Source: Malacoraja senta (taxonomy: Eukaryota). From it: 64,000 nt of DNA. Location of the stretch: positions 24,740,001 to 24,804,000 of the forward strand of contig CM075989.1 in assembly GCA_038087875.1 (NCBI GenBank), in the 5' to 3' direction. Below are positions 51,831-63,865 of the stretch, one piece after another. Positions within the stretch are counted from its first letter, which is position 1, and each line of letters begins with the position of its first letter. The notes beneath the pieces are model-generated. The model ran no database searches. It had not been told where the DNA came from and worked only from the letters and a program-made list of their open reading frames with translations. The translations under genes were made by a program, and so were the position numbers.

Positions 51831-52948
51831 CCACTAAATTATCTGCTGTAGTCAGATACATAATGCATTTAATTAGGTCCGAGGTAACAGAAAAGTAATT
51901 GGAAGATAAAGCTATTCCTTTGTTGTTGCTAATATCCACTTTTCCAAGCAAACTTGGGTCAATTTGCATCCCACAATTGTCCTGTAACTTTACAGATCCA
52001 GTTAACATTTATTCACAAGGGCTATGTATATTTAAAACTGTAAAACCATAACTATGACCACAATGTAAGTTTAATTGCCAGATATAACGTAGATTGTATA
52101 AATTACAACTGTATACCAATGTTAGAACAAAATGGGAGACACCAGATCTTTCATTTAAATTCACATCCTTTGACATTTAAAATATAATTCTTGTTCTCAC
52201 TAGTAAGTTGGAGCATAAAACGTCAATATTTCACGGAGTATCCCATTACAGAGAGAGGCATTTCTAGCCTGCAGCCCACTGCAGATGGAGAACACTTTGC
52301 TCTTGGGTGTGACAGGCTGCAGACTGGGTAAGGCCCCTCTGTTTCTGACGGTTCCCCTGAAATGGATACGGGATTAAAAAGGTGTCAGGCTCACTGACAA
52401 ACATCTATTGCACCGACCCGATCCTGCCACGATAATTCAACAATAGTGAAAGAGAAAGGAGAGGAATTATTGAAACTCTGAAAAACAGTCACAGGCTTGT
52501 CCGATTCTGCTGGGAAGAGGAACAGCCCAGTGAATTCAGGAGACACACAGGGCTGAGGACTGAGATATTTACAGCAATCCCCACCGCCATTGTGCACGTT
52601 TATATGGTCCCAGCCCCAGACAAAGGTGGGAATAGAACCATGGTGGGGGCCTGGAACCTGCTGCCAGGGATGGTTTAGTTTAGTTGGTTTAGTTTGGAGG
52701 TACAGCGTGGAAACAGGCCCTTCGGCCCACCGAGTCCGTACCGACCAGCGATCCCCACACACCAACACTATCCTGCACACACTAGGACAATTTACACTTA
52801 TACCAAGCCAATTAAGCAGGCGGTGGAAGCAGATATGATAGTGGAGTTTAAGAGGATTTTAGATAGGCACATGGATATGCAATGGAGGCAGGATCATGGG
52901 CAGGCAGAGGAGATTGGTTTAACTTGGCACCGACATTAGAGAGAGTCA

Positions 52949-53225
52949 TGTATAGGAAAGAACTGCAGATGCTGGTTTACACTGAAGATAGACACAAAGT
53001 GTTAGAGTAACTCAGCGGGAAAGGCAGCATCTCTGGAGAGAAGGAATGGGTGGCATTTTGGGTCGAGACCCTTCTTCAGACTGAGTGTCGGGGAGAGGGA
53101 GACACAGAGATAAGGAAGTGTACGAGATCAAAAGAGATGCAGATCAAGGGAAATGTAGAATAGACAATTGTTAGCTCGGAGAAGGTGACTACAAAGCAAA
53201 CAGAGATACAATGTAATCAGTGGCA
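52949..53225 (-). mobile_element. Penelope 3' UTR plus pLTR
   Basis: Homologous to 32808-32990 and 41277-41635. Confidence 0.8.
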
Positions 53226-53392
53226 CAGGAGGACTTGTGGGTCAAGAGAGAATCAAGTGTATTGTCAGATGTCCCAGACAGAACAATGACACTATGGCCT
53301 GAAGGGCCTGTTCCTCTGCTGTTTTGTTCTATGTTCTATATTCTAGTATTTCTCATTGATCCCAGTCCTGTAGCTATTTAGTTGCATCACTC

Positions 53393-53888
53393 CCCACCCT
53401 CATCCTCACTCCCACCCCCAACTCCACCTCCACCCACACCTCACCCCCACCCCCACCTCCATCCCCACCCCCAACTCCACCCCCACCCTCACCCCGACCC
53501 CCACCCCCACCCCCACCCTCACCCCCCACCTCCACCCTCACCCCCACCCACACCCTCTCCCCAACCCCCCCACCCCCACCCCCACCCTCAACCCCACCCC
53601 CACCCCACCCCACCCCCACCCCCACCCCACCCTCACCCTCACCCCCACCCTCACCCCCACCCCCACCCCCACCCTCACTCCACCCCCACCCTCACCCCCA
53701 CCCCCACCCCCACCTCACCCCCACCCTCACTCCACCCCCACCCCCACCCTCACCCCACCCCCACCCTTACTCCACCCCACCCCCACCTCACCCCCACCCT
53801 CACTCCACCCCCACCCCCACCCCCACCCCCACCTCCACCCTCACCCCCACCTCACCCCCACCCTCACTCCACCCCCACCCTCACCCCA
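53393..53888. repeat. (CCCCAC)n-type C-rich hexamer tract
   Basis: About 500 bp of CCCCAC, CCTCAC and CTCCAC units. Confidence 0.92.
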
Positions 53889-54319
53889 ACATGAAGCACA
53901 GTATAAAACCCACATGCCCCTCCTCAACTGGTGAATAATCCTTTATCTTCTCCTGTTCTATTTTAAGCAACTATTTCTGGTGATTAACACTCAGACTGGA
54001 TTCATTTGTTAGATATGCATATTCAAAACAAATTGATGTGTAAACCTTCAGTCTGTTTTTTAATAAGAATAATTAAAAATGAATTACCTGGCACGTGAAG
54101 GAAGGATGCGACCTTCTAACGATCTTCCCTTGATTAAGACAGGCCATTTAACCAATCAGTCAGAATCTCCCATTGACAGTCAGTCAATCAATCTAATGTG
54201 AATTAGGTTGTGTAATGATGAGAAATAAGAGTCTATGAAACAGTGGCCCACTTGGCCCAGAGACTGCTCTGTGTTCTAACTCAATCACAGCTGACCTGTT
54301 GTGTAAGAAGGAACGTCAA

Positions 54320-54890
54320 GGCGCTGGTCAGGCACATTCAGAATATCGTGAGCACTTTTGGGCCCCGTATCTGAGGAAGGATGTGCTGGCTCTGGAGCGG
54401 GTCCAGAGGAGGTTTACAAGAATGATCCCAGGAATGAGTGGGTTAACCTATGATGAGCGTTTGGCGGCATTGGGCCTGTACTCGGTGGAGTTTAGAAGAA
54501 TGAGGGGGGACCTCATTGAAACATACAGAATAGAGAAAGGCTTGGATAGAGTGGATGTAGAGAGGATGTTTCCATTAGTGGGAGAGTCTAGGACTAGAGG
54601 TCACAGCCTCAGAATTAAAGGACGTTCTTTTAGGAAGGAGATGAGGAGAATTTTCTTTCGTCAGAGGGTGGTGAATCTGTGGAATTCTTTGCCACAGGAG
54701 GATGTGGAGGCCGTCAGTGGATATATTTAAGGCAGACAAAGAGAGATTCTTGATTAGTACGGGTGTCAAGGGTTATGGGGAGAAGGCAGGAGAATGGGGT
54801 TAGGAGGGAGAGATAGATCAGCCATGATTGAATGGCGTAAACTTGATGGGCCAAATGGCCTAATTCTACTCCTATCACTTATGACCTTAT
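54320..54890 (+). mobile_element. CR1/HER1 3' fragment
   Basis: FWAPYLRKDVLALERVQRRFTRMIPG..FFRQRVVNLWNSLP. Confidence 0.9.
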
Positions 54891-55819
54891 AATTCCAGTT
54901 GCTGGTTTACACCGAAGATAGACACAAAAAGCTGTAGTAGCTCAGCAGGACAGGCAGCATCTCTGGAGAGAAGGAATGGCTGACGTTTCGGGTCTGAAGA
55001 AGGGTCTCGACCCAAAACGTCAGCCATTCCTTCTCTTCACAGTTGATCTGATACTTGGTCTCAACTCCACGCACTGCATACTTTCCACATCAGATTCCTG
55101 CTGCTATTTTGTTACCAGTTCACTCAACCTATTCACATCACGTTGTGAACAGGGATTCTCCGGATCAACGGGAATATCGGTAGGTGGGGCCATTTGGTCG
55201 TTGTTGTTGGGTCTCACTCCCGCATCTCACAGGCTAATCGCACCGTGGGAGGAACCGTCGTGGGTCAAGGAGATGTCCCATCATCTTCTCAGGGAAAACT
55301 AGCCATGGACAATAAATCCCGAGCTGCACTATTGCCCACGTTCCATAATTGACATAACATCAAATATTATAAGTGAGATTGCAGATACTGAGTTTGCAAT
55401 CCTTGGAAGTTCGAATGTTAAACAGTGTTTGATGTTGCTTAAGATATTAAGTGAGGTTGATAGAATAATAGAGAGAAACTATTTCTTGCTGGTTGTGTAA
55501 TCTAGAGCAGATGGCATTGTTAAATACTTGGAGCTGGTGCAGTAGTGAAGTTGGGAAGCCCATGCACATGGAGGGCAGATGATATTTCATACTCTCTTCA
55601 TTAAATAATAATTAATGATGGAAATAGATTTGAGCTTGGTAGGGTTTTGGTGATCAGCAGTAATAAGAATTGTGAGAATAATGTGGGTAAATAGACAGTT
55701 CCTAGTTCTCAGACCAGTCTGACTGTCCTCCTGATGACATGTTAACTGTACTCGCTGTCCTTGCAGATGTTTATCATTCACGGTGCCCATTCTACTGGAG
55801 GCAACTCCTGCTGAAGATT

Positions 55820-56006
55820 TTAAGAAGGAACTGCAGATGCTGTAAAATCGAAGGTAGACAAAAAATGCTGGAGAAACTCAGCGGGTGCAGCAGCATCTAT
55901 GGAGCGAGGGAAATAGGCAACGTTTTGGGCCGAAACCCTTCTTCAGACTTGCCCAAACGTTGCCTATTTCCCTCGCTCCATAGAGGCTGCTGCACCCGCT
56001 GAGTTT
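55820..56006. mobile_element. Palindromic Penelope pLTR element with a perfect 15-bp flanking direct repeat
   Basis: CTCCTGCTGAAGATT at 55805-55819 and 56007-56021. Confidence 0.88.
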
Positions 56007-56099
56007 CTCCTGCTGAAGATTAATAAGAATATAGTCCATGTGCTGAATTAAAGTGAACTATCCTCTCTCTGACTATTTTGGAGCATGGTGAATAATATT

Positions 56100-56472
56100 A
56101 CATAGAAACATAGAAAATATGTGCAAGAGTAGGCCATTCGGCCTTTCGATCATCCAAAATCAGTGCCATGTTCCTGCTTTTCCCCCCATATCCTTGATCT
56201 CCAGAGATGCTGTCTGTCCCGCTGAGTTACTCCAGCATTTGGTGTCTCCCTTGATTCCTTTAGCCCTAAGAGCTATATCTAACTCTCTCTTGAAAACATC
56301 CGGTGAATTGGCCTCCACTGCCTTCTGTGGCAGAGAATTCCACAGATTCACAACTCTCTGGGTGGAAAGTGTATTTCCTCATCTCAGTCCTAAATGGCTG
56401 ACCCCTTATTCTTAAACTGTGACCCTGGTTCTGAACTCCCCCAACATCGGGAACATTTTTCCTGCATCTAGC
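56100..56472 (-). mobile_element. CR1 3' end carrying a 50-bp pLTR insert (56199-56248)
   Basis: Matches 11147-11495; the insert is flanked by CCTTGAT (56192-56198 and 56249-56255). Confidence 0.85.
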
Positions 56473-59400
56473 TTGAGACTGAGCTCCTGATCACAGCCTT
56501 GTTCTCCAGGATTGCAGATCAGAAAGTCCTGCACTTGATTATCCAGGCCATTAAAATTAAGTGGAGCATTTCCAACATGTGTCCCTTGAGTCTGAGGCAG
56601 ACAATTCCCAAATAGCCTCTCGTATCACAGACGGGTAGTAATCCATTGGCTCAACCTAGCTAAACAACTTCTCAAAGTGCATGAGAAATAAAAGACTTGG
56701 CCTCACAAACCCTCTGCAGCCAGAAGAAATGAAGCCTTTTACTGTCGTAGTAAATAAAGAATACCTGCAGACGCTGGCAATCTGAAATCAAACTGAAAAT
56801 GCTGGAAAATCTCAGCAAGTCCAGAAACAACAGAAAATGTTTCAGGGACAGGACCCTTCATTAGAACTGGCCAACTATCACAGATGGATTTCATGGTTTA
56901 GAGTTCTAACCTATTCCTTATATCATGGCCTATAAATCTCCAGGAACATTGGTACTCAGACCAAGTGGAGACCATTTGGCCCCTTGATCCTGTTCTGCTT
57001 TGGGCTGGATGCACCTTCCGTACCAAGTTCGTTTCTCTAAGCATTAGTACCATCACCTACAAAGGAATTCAAACAATAGAGTCTTGATTTTTTTTTGTGT
57101 TAAATTTCGTCCCAGGATTCTTCCCAGGAGCTGAGGGTCCAAAGCTCTTTCTCTGAAACCTCCCTGGTTACCAGCACATACATAAATCATTCTTTCTGAC
57201 CTTCCAACTTCTGTGCTGGGCTCATCAGTCTCAATGTACTGTTGTACTTGGTGCGATGAGGTAATGGTCTGGCACGCCACCGTGTTACTGTGGTAACTAC
57301 AGCTGGAGACAGTGACACTCATGGTTACAGTAGATCCCTCATCGACCCATAGAGGGATGGGTGATCCCATAGCTGTTGGCGAGGCTGATATCTGGGCATG
57401 GGGAAGGTGCCGTGATGCTCCCTCTGTTTGGGGAAGGGCAGACCCATTGACTGGAGCTCACCGCTCAATCAGAGACTCCACTCATGACGACTGAAGGTTC
57501 GGGATTGCGTTACACAATTGCGTTAGTTGTAGACTTAGTTTTTAGTTATACAACATGGAAACAGCAGCCAGGAGATGCACAGCTAAATATCGGTTGGTCC
57601 TGACACATTGAAGAGCTTCCCACTGGCTGTAACCTCTACAGAGAGAAGGTAATTGATCACGATCCTGGAAGCATTGGCAGCATTGAGGGAAGTGTGGAAT
57701 CTGTCATAAATACAGGTTCATATGTTATAGGAGCAAATTAGGCCATTCGGCCCATCAAGTCTACTCTGCTATTCAATCATGGATAATCTATATTTCCCTT
57801 TCAACGCCATTCTCCTGCCTTCTACCCATATCCCTTGATATCTGCCTCTTCACACCTTCCACTCCCATCCATCACGTATAAACCCAAAATACTTGGTAAA
57901 ATGGCATTGAAGACTTTTAAGAAACATTTAGACAGGTACATCGATAGGACAGGTTTGGAGAGATATGGGCCAAACACGGGCTGTGGGACTAGTGTAGCTG
58001 GGACATGTTGGCCGGTGTGGGCAGCTTTCCACACTGTATCGCTCTATGACTCTATGGAGCAGTAGCTACTCCATATCAAGTGTCATGTTGTGGATGGACC
58101 TACTATTGCATCCTACAAACGGGCAATTTGCAAACGCCAATTAACCTACTAGAAGAGTGGTGTTTTCCTGCTGCTTTGGACAGTAATTATCTCATCTCTG
58201 CCCCAATGTTGGACGTGGGATCTTGCCAAGTATAAATCCTGACATTACAACAGTGATTGCAATTCTCTGTGACTAAATGGCAATGAGGTTGTTTGGGATA
58301 TCTTAAACTCACCTGAAATAAATAGAAAAATTTGTTTATTAATCTTTCCAATTCAGGAAGGCAGATTGAGCGCAAAATTGAAATTCCGTTTTTCTCAATA
58401 CAAGTGTTTTCCCGACGTGTTTATGAATTTCTAAACCTTGCGACAAGCTCAGTACTTCAAAACTCACAGTTGACCCCAAGGTGGTGAAAGTGAATCCCTT
58501 CTGAGATGAAGGATTTGGAAAGACATGCAGGTGTCTTCTCCAGATTCAGGTCTGCTACTGGTTCAGTGTGTGACGTTAATGAAACAATTGGTTGTCCATT
58601 ATAAACCCCAAGCTGCGTTGGAATCGTTAAGCTGCGGATTCTCCACTTCAGTGACTGCCTTCAGACACAATACACCACCCTCACATCAGAGAAAAGGCGA
58701 AGGCTTACAATTACTGCAGGAGATGCGTGTCATTCCTCATTCTCTGCCGGCAATGAAGCGAGCCGTGCGCAGTTGGCAATGAGCTGTATGTGGCCACAAG
58801 GTTGGCTTAAGCTGGTGGACGTTTTGTTGCAGAGTTAGGAGTTGTCCAAAAACTCTGTGTGCTTGCTTTAGGTAACACTGTTGGGACCGAACGAACGACT
58901 AAACAAGGACGCAACACTGATTCGAGGAGAGAGGGAAATTATTGATGTTTGTGCCTGGACTGTGAAAGATACAGAGCAGAAACAGGCAACGTAGCAAAAG
59001 CCTGAGGCCTTCTTGATTCCAATCAAAGTAGTGGGTGAGTTGACTTTATGGTATTCATGGCCTGTGGTTGTTGGCATTTGTGTTAAGGATGTCAAAGAAG
59101 CAACACTATTAACATCTTGTGCAGTTGTTGCATTTGTAGTGAGGTGAAGTGATTGTGATCATAGACATCTTCTCATCTTTACTCGACATTGTCCTTCAAA
59201 GATAAACTAGGCCATGGCTTCATTAGTCACACGAGGGGAACTGTTCAAAAATGCTAACACCATTTTAAGAATCAAAAGCTTAAAGTCATGGCCGCACACA
59301 TTTCCCTCACCTATTTCTCATTAAACTTTCTGAGTAGATTTCAGGCTCCACAGACCAGGCCTGGCTGGTAATCTGATACACACTTACGATCACAGCATTT

Positions 59401-60120
59401 CTTGTGTATTTCGCATTAAGTTAATCAAGAAGCTTACTGACGGAGGAGATTTAACAAAGCTTTGCCATTTTCCAATCCTTATATTGCAGGTCAAAGGCAC
59501 GGTGACCTTGTGGCCTTGCCTTGCCTCCGTGGAGCTCCCATTGAATGGCTGCATTGTCAACCTGGCATTGCAGAATGAAAGTGCTTCTCCAGGCTGTGAG
59601 AGCTTGCATTGAGGAGGGGGGGCTGCAAGGGGGGCTGCAAGGTGACACAAAGCATTTGTCTTTTTGGCCAAACATTCTCACCTCTGGATCTATACGCTGC
59701 GGCCTCTACAGCAACAATGGGGCTTTCGTTATCATTGTACGGCCGTCATTGATCAACACCAAGCTAATTAAACGGCTCACAGGACCACATTAGTGAGCCA
59801 ATGGAAGGCGGTCATGTGGTCCGTGTGGTCAGCCACGTATGAACAAGACGCCATTGTCCCTGACCATGGACCAGTGGATGGGGATAAAGAGATAGCCAGA
59901 CTCTACACTGACCAATAGCTGGTTACATTCTGGGTTTGGTTAGGATTCGGAACCGGCTGTAAACCTGATCTTTTTAGGAGCAATGTCCTTTCCTCGAGAC
60001 AGCCCTTTAGCTAAATAGACGGTGAGATGTTTCTGATATTGTGACCTCCCTCAGGTGTCAGCTCCGACCACGACCTGTGCTTTTTTACTCTCCTGTGTCC
60101 AGCTGATCTATATTCCTAAT

Positions 60121-60280
60121 GTAGACACAAAATGCTGGAGTAACTCAGCGGGGAAGGCAGCATCTCTGGAGAGAAGGAATGGGTGACGTTTTGGGTCGAG
60201 ACCCTTCTTCAGTCTGAAGTTGAGTTACTCCAGCATTTGTCTATCTTCGGTTTAAACCAGCATCTGCAGTTCCTTCCTAC
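60121..60280. mobile_element. Palindromic Penelope pLTR element
   Basis: Arms meet at CTTCAGTCTGAAG. Confidence 0.8.
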
Positions 60281-60508
60281 AACACAGCAATGTTTCTAAG
60301 GTGATGCACCCTTCAGTGGCACTGACAGAACATTGTTTCTCACTGGTACATTGAGTTGGGGAAGTATTGGGAATGATTAGCTTATTGAATTGTTTTGTTT
60401 ATAAGATGTTATCTATGAGTTTTGTGTTTACTGGCCTGTTCTGCAGCGAGTAAGAATTTCATGGTTACCTTGTCGGTACATGTGAGAATTTAACATCCTT
60501 GACTCTTA

Positions 60509-60658
60509 TGGGCCTGTCCCACTTGACTGCTCCTGACGTAGATGCTGTCGTAGGCTGTCGCCAGGATGACGTAGGTTGTCGCCGGTTTTTCGGCGACTGG
60601 CTACGACTATGGCAGTCGCCGGCAGTTGCTTAAAATATCGCCAAGTGGGACAGGCCCA
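60509..60658. mobile_element. 150-bp PIF/Harbinger-type MITE
   Basis: TIR TGGGCCTGTCCCACTTG / CAAGTGGGACAGGCCCA; flanks TTA and TAA; internal GTCGCC repeats. Confidence 0.82.
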
Positions 60659-60696
60659 TAACCTTTTCACTTCTCTTTCACATGCATTTGTATTGG

Positions 60697-61081
60697 GTGA
60701 CACGGTGGCACAGCGGTAGAGTTGCTGCCTCACAGCACCACAGACCCAGGTTCCATCCTCAACAGAGGATGCTTCTCTGTACGGCTTGGAAACAGGCCCT
60801 TCGGCCCACCGAGTCCACACTGACCATCGCTCACCTGTTCACCCTAGTTCTATGATATCCCACTTTTGTGTCTACTCCTTACACACTAGGGGCAATTTAC
60901 AGAGGGCCAATTAACCTACAAACCCGCATGTCTTTGGGATGTGGGAGGAGACCAGAGAACCCATATGGTCACAAGGAGAACATGCAAACTCCACACAGAG
61001 AGCACCTGCGGTCAGGATCGAACGAACCTGTGTCCTTGGTGCTGAGGCAGCAGCTCTACCAGTTGTGTCACCGTGCTGCCC
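60697..61081. mobile_element. HE1 SINE head (+) fused to a near-complete HE1 SINE (-)
   Basis: tRNA-like heads at both outer ends. Confidence 0.78.
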
Positions 61082-61898
61082 AATCATTATTGGTGTCCTA
61101 TCACAGGGTCCTCACCGACACACACCCATGCAGCAACATAAAGAAGGCAATGTCTAAATTATACCAAAGATAGACCCTCTCTCACTGCTCCCCCTCAGTG
61201 ATTCCTACATTTCTCTCCCACTCAGCCACTGTTTAAATGTATCCAGCTCTTCATCACCCACTCCCCCCCACACCCTCACCCCCCCAACCCTCCCACCCCC
61301 CTCCACCCCCTTAATTTCAGTCTGAAGGGTCCCGACCAGAAACGTCACCTATCCATGTTCTCCAGAGTTGCTGCATATCTGACCCGCTGCGTTACTCCAG
61401 CACTCGATGTTTATCTTTGGCATAAACCAGTGTCTGCAGTTCTTGGTTTTGAAGTAATGGCGAGTGGGATGCAGAGGCCCCGGCTATTTGTATTTGCCGA
61501 GTGTGACTGTGGTGCCTCGGGGCCACTGACTGATACTCGTGTGTAGATATTGTGTGGGACTAGGGAGGAAGCAGCTGCTCACCGCTGGCTGCAGTGGGCA
61601 GGCTCTTCCTGCTGGGTCTTGGCAGCTCACAGTACAGGTTCCAGTCTATAAACAGGCAAGATGCTGACAGGACTAATTCCCTGTGTTTTCCTCGCCAAGC
61701 CTCTGCATGCCAAGTGTCCGTGGTTCCATACACACTGTGCTTTGCCGAGGAAATACCTCAGTGCAATCCAATCTTTTAATTACACGTTTCGCTTTTGAAA
61801 TGGGCTGGATCTCTCAGAGACTCTGGAGAACGCAAGTGGGAAGGGCCAGAGGAGGTTATTCAGCCCCTTGAGCCTGCTCCGTAGTCGAAGAAGATCAC

Positions 61899-62089
61899 GT
61901 GTAGGAAGGAACTGCAGGTGCTGGTTTACACCGAAGATAGACACAAAATGCTGGAGTAACTCAGCAAGACAGGCAGCATCTCTAGAAAGAATTCCGTTTA
62001 TCCAGAGATGCTGCCTGTCCCGCTGAGTTACTCCAGCATTTAGTGTCTATCTTCGGTGTAAACCAGCATCTGTAGTTCCTTCCTACACA
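61899..62089. mobile_element. Near-perfect fold-back Penelope pLTR element (arms about 87 bp)
   Basis: GTGTAGGAAGGAACTGCAG..CAGCATCTCT / AGAGATGCTG..TTCCTTCCTACAC. Confidence 0.88.
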
Positions 62090-62181
62090 CTACCGGAGAT
62101 CCAGGAGGAAAGGTAAATGTGTGTGACTTTCTGTGTGAATATCCTGTATGCCTTGTATGTGACTGATAGGAGTTGCTCTCA

Positions 62182-62287
62182 AACGTTGCCTATTTCCTTC
62201 GCTCCATAGATGCTGCTGCACCTGCTGAGTTTCTCCAGCAATTTTGTCTACCTTCGATTTTCCAGCATCTGCAGTTCCTTCTTGAAC
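62182..62287 (+). mobile_element. Solo pLTR insert with 10-bp target-site duplication
   Basis: GTTGCTCTCA (62172-62181) and GTTACTCTCA (62288-62297). Confidence 0.75.
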
Positions 62288-62907
62288 GTTACTCTCATGA
62301 TGTTGTGGACATGCATTCCAACATCTTGCAGTAGCTTCACATTACTCTAAATTCCCTTATTGCTTTTCCCCAAATGCATTCACTCACACGTTTCTGGATT
62401 AAATCCCATTGACTACTTTCTGCCCAAATAGCCAGACTATTTATAACTTCTTGTAGCCTGAAGCTTTCCTACTCATTGTCAAACAATGCTGCCATGTTCT
62501 GCTGATTTCTTTATCGTCGTTCTCATCTTTAGATCCAAATCATTCATACATAGTTCTCAAAATGTAAGTGAGTGAGTACTAGTCTCTGTGGAATCCCGTT
62601 GGTAAACACCTGCTGTTACTAAAACTCCACCTTCAAACCTTTGTCTCCTGTCTCTGAGCCCGTTTTGGTTCTGTATTGCTACTGTGATTTGGATCTCATG
62701 GCCTTTTACCTTCAGGCTTCCGAAAACCCACAGAAACCGCTTCAAACAAAGAGTATTCATTAACCTCCTTACACCTCCACAATGAACACAGTGCTGGAGT
62801 AACTCAGTGGGTCAGACAGCATCTCTGGAGAACATGGATAGGTGACGTCTCGGGTCAGGACCCTTCTTCAGTTTTGTTGCCCCTTGGCCACTCTGACTAC
62901 ATCAGAG

Positions 62908-63035
62908 ACACACATGCATGCTGTGTTGCATTGCGTGTTTGTGTACAAGCACGCATATTTGTGTGTGCACATGTATATGTATGTACATGTACATGCCAGT
63001 CTGTGTGTGCACATGTACATGCACACGTGTGTGTA
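62908..63035. repeat. Alternating purine-pyrimidine (TG/CA/TA) tract
   Basis: GTGTGTGCACATGTATATGTATGTACATGTACATGC and similar. Confidence 0.8.
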
Positions 63036-63609
63036 AGGCAGTGCTTTTCCTGTAGACAACAAGATGCCAGTACACACGTCAATTTAAAATTAAGCCACAT
63101 TTATCAACATTTATTTCCATCCCCTTTACTGTTTTGATTTTGTGACCAATCAACTAATTTAAGAAGCTAATAATTAAATATGACAAGTTCTAAACAAATG
63201 AAAATCCAGCATTGCAGATTTTCAATGGGCCAGTACACCATAGTGAACACAGTGGTGGGGAGATACAGCGATGTAGAGGTAGGTTATAGGTGAAATAAAC
63301 CACCCGGCCCCCTTACTGTGGCTGGAGTCTGGTCAGTAAGTACATCTTGTATTAAAATCCATTTTTACAACTTCTGTTGTGAGTGCCTTTTTTAATAGAT
63401 AGTCTGTAGAAATGGTGCAATGGGCATGATCGAAGCAGAGGGCAATGATTGATTTGTTCTCCACATCATCATTTCATCAACCTGCCATTCTCAAAAGCAT
63501 TAAGTGGTCATAAGGTCCTAAGATCATAAGTGATAGGAGCAGAATTAGGCTATTCGGCCCATCAAGTCTACACTGCCATTCAATGGTCAGCAACATCAGA
63601 AACATTTGC

Positions 63610-63865
63610 TAATCTCTTACCTCGACGGAGATGCGATTTTTTTCCGTATCGTATCTCTGTCCGCACTGCGGGTTAACATCAAGGAGTTGGCGGCCTTTGC
63701 TGGAGACCGACTTCGGGAGCTCCAATTGAATGTTTATATGAACTTTTAAGTAGTTGTGTGCCTTGTTGTTGTTTTTTTTAGCATGGCTGTATGGTAATTC
63801 GAATTTCACTGTACCTTAATTGGTCCACGTGACAATAAACTGACCTTGAAACCCTTGAAACCTTA
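63610..63865 (+). mobile_element. Non-coding retroposon with a Rex1-type tail
   Basis: CpG-containing body, then TTTCACTGTACC..CACGTGACAATAAAC and (CCTTGAAAC)n. Confidence 0.55.

Noticed and set aside
53374..53894. Pro/His-rich and Gly-rich ORFs
   Set aside because: Translations of a simple hexamer repeat
58230..58330. Possible ancient Deu/SacSINE-like tail remnants (also about 37420-37510 and 47480-47660)
   Set aside because: Too degraded to assign by eye; needs a profile-HMM search
58872..58994. AG-preceded 40-codon open frame (VTLLGPNERLNKDATLIRGE..)
   Set aside because: No recognisable homology, and the length is expected by chance
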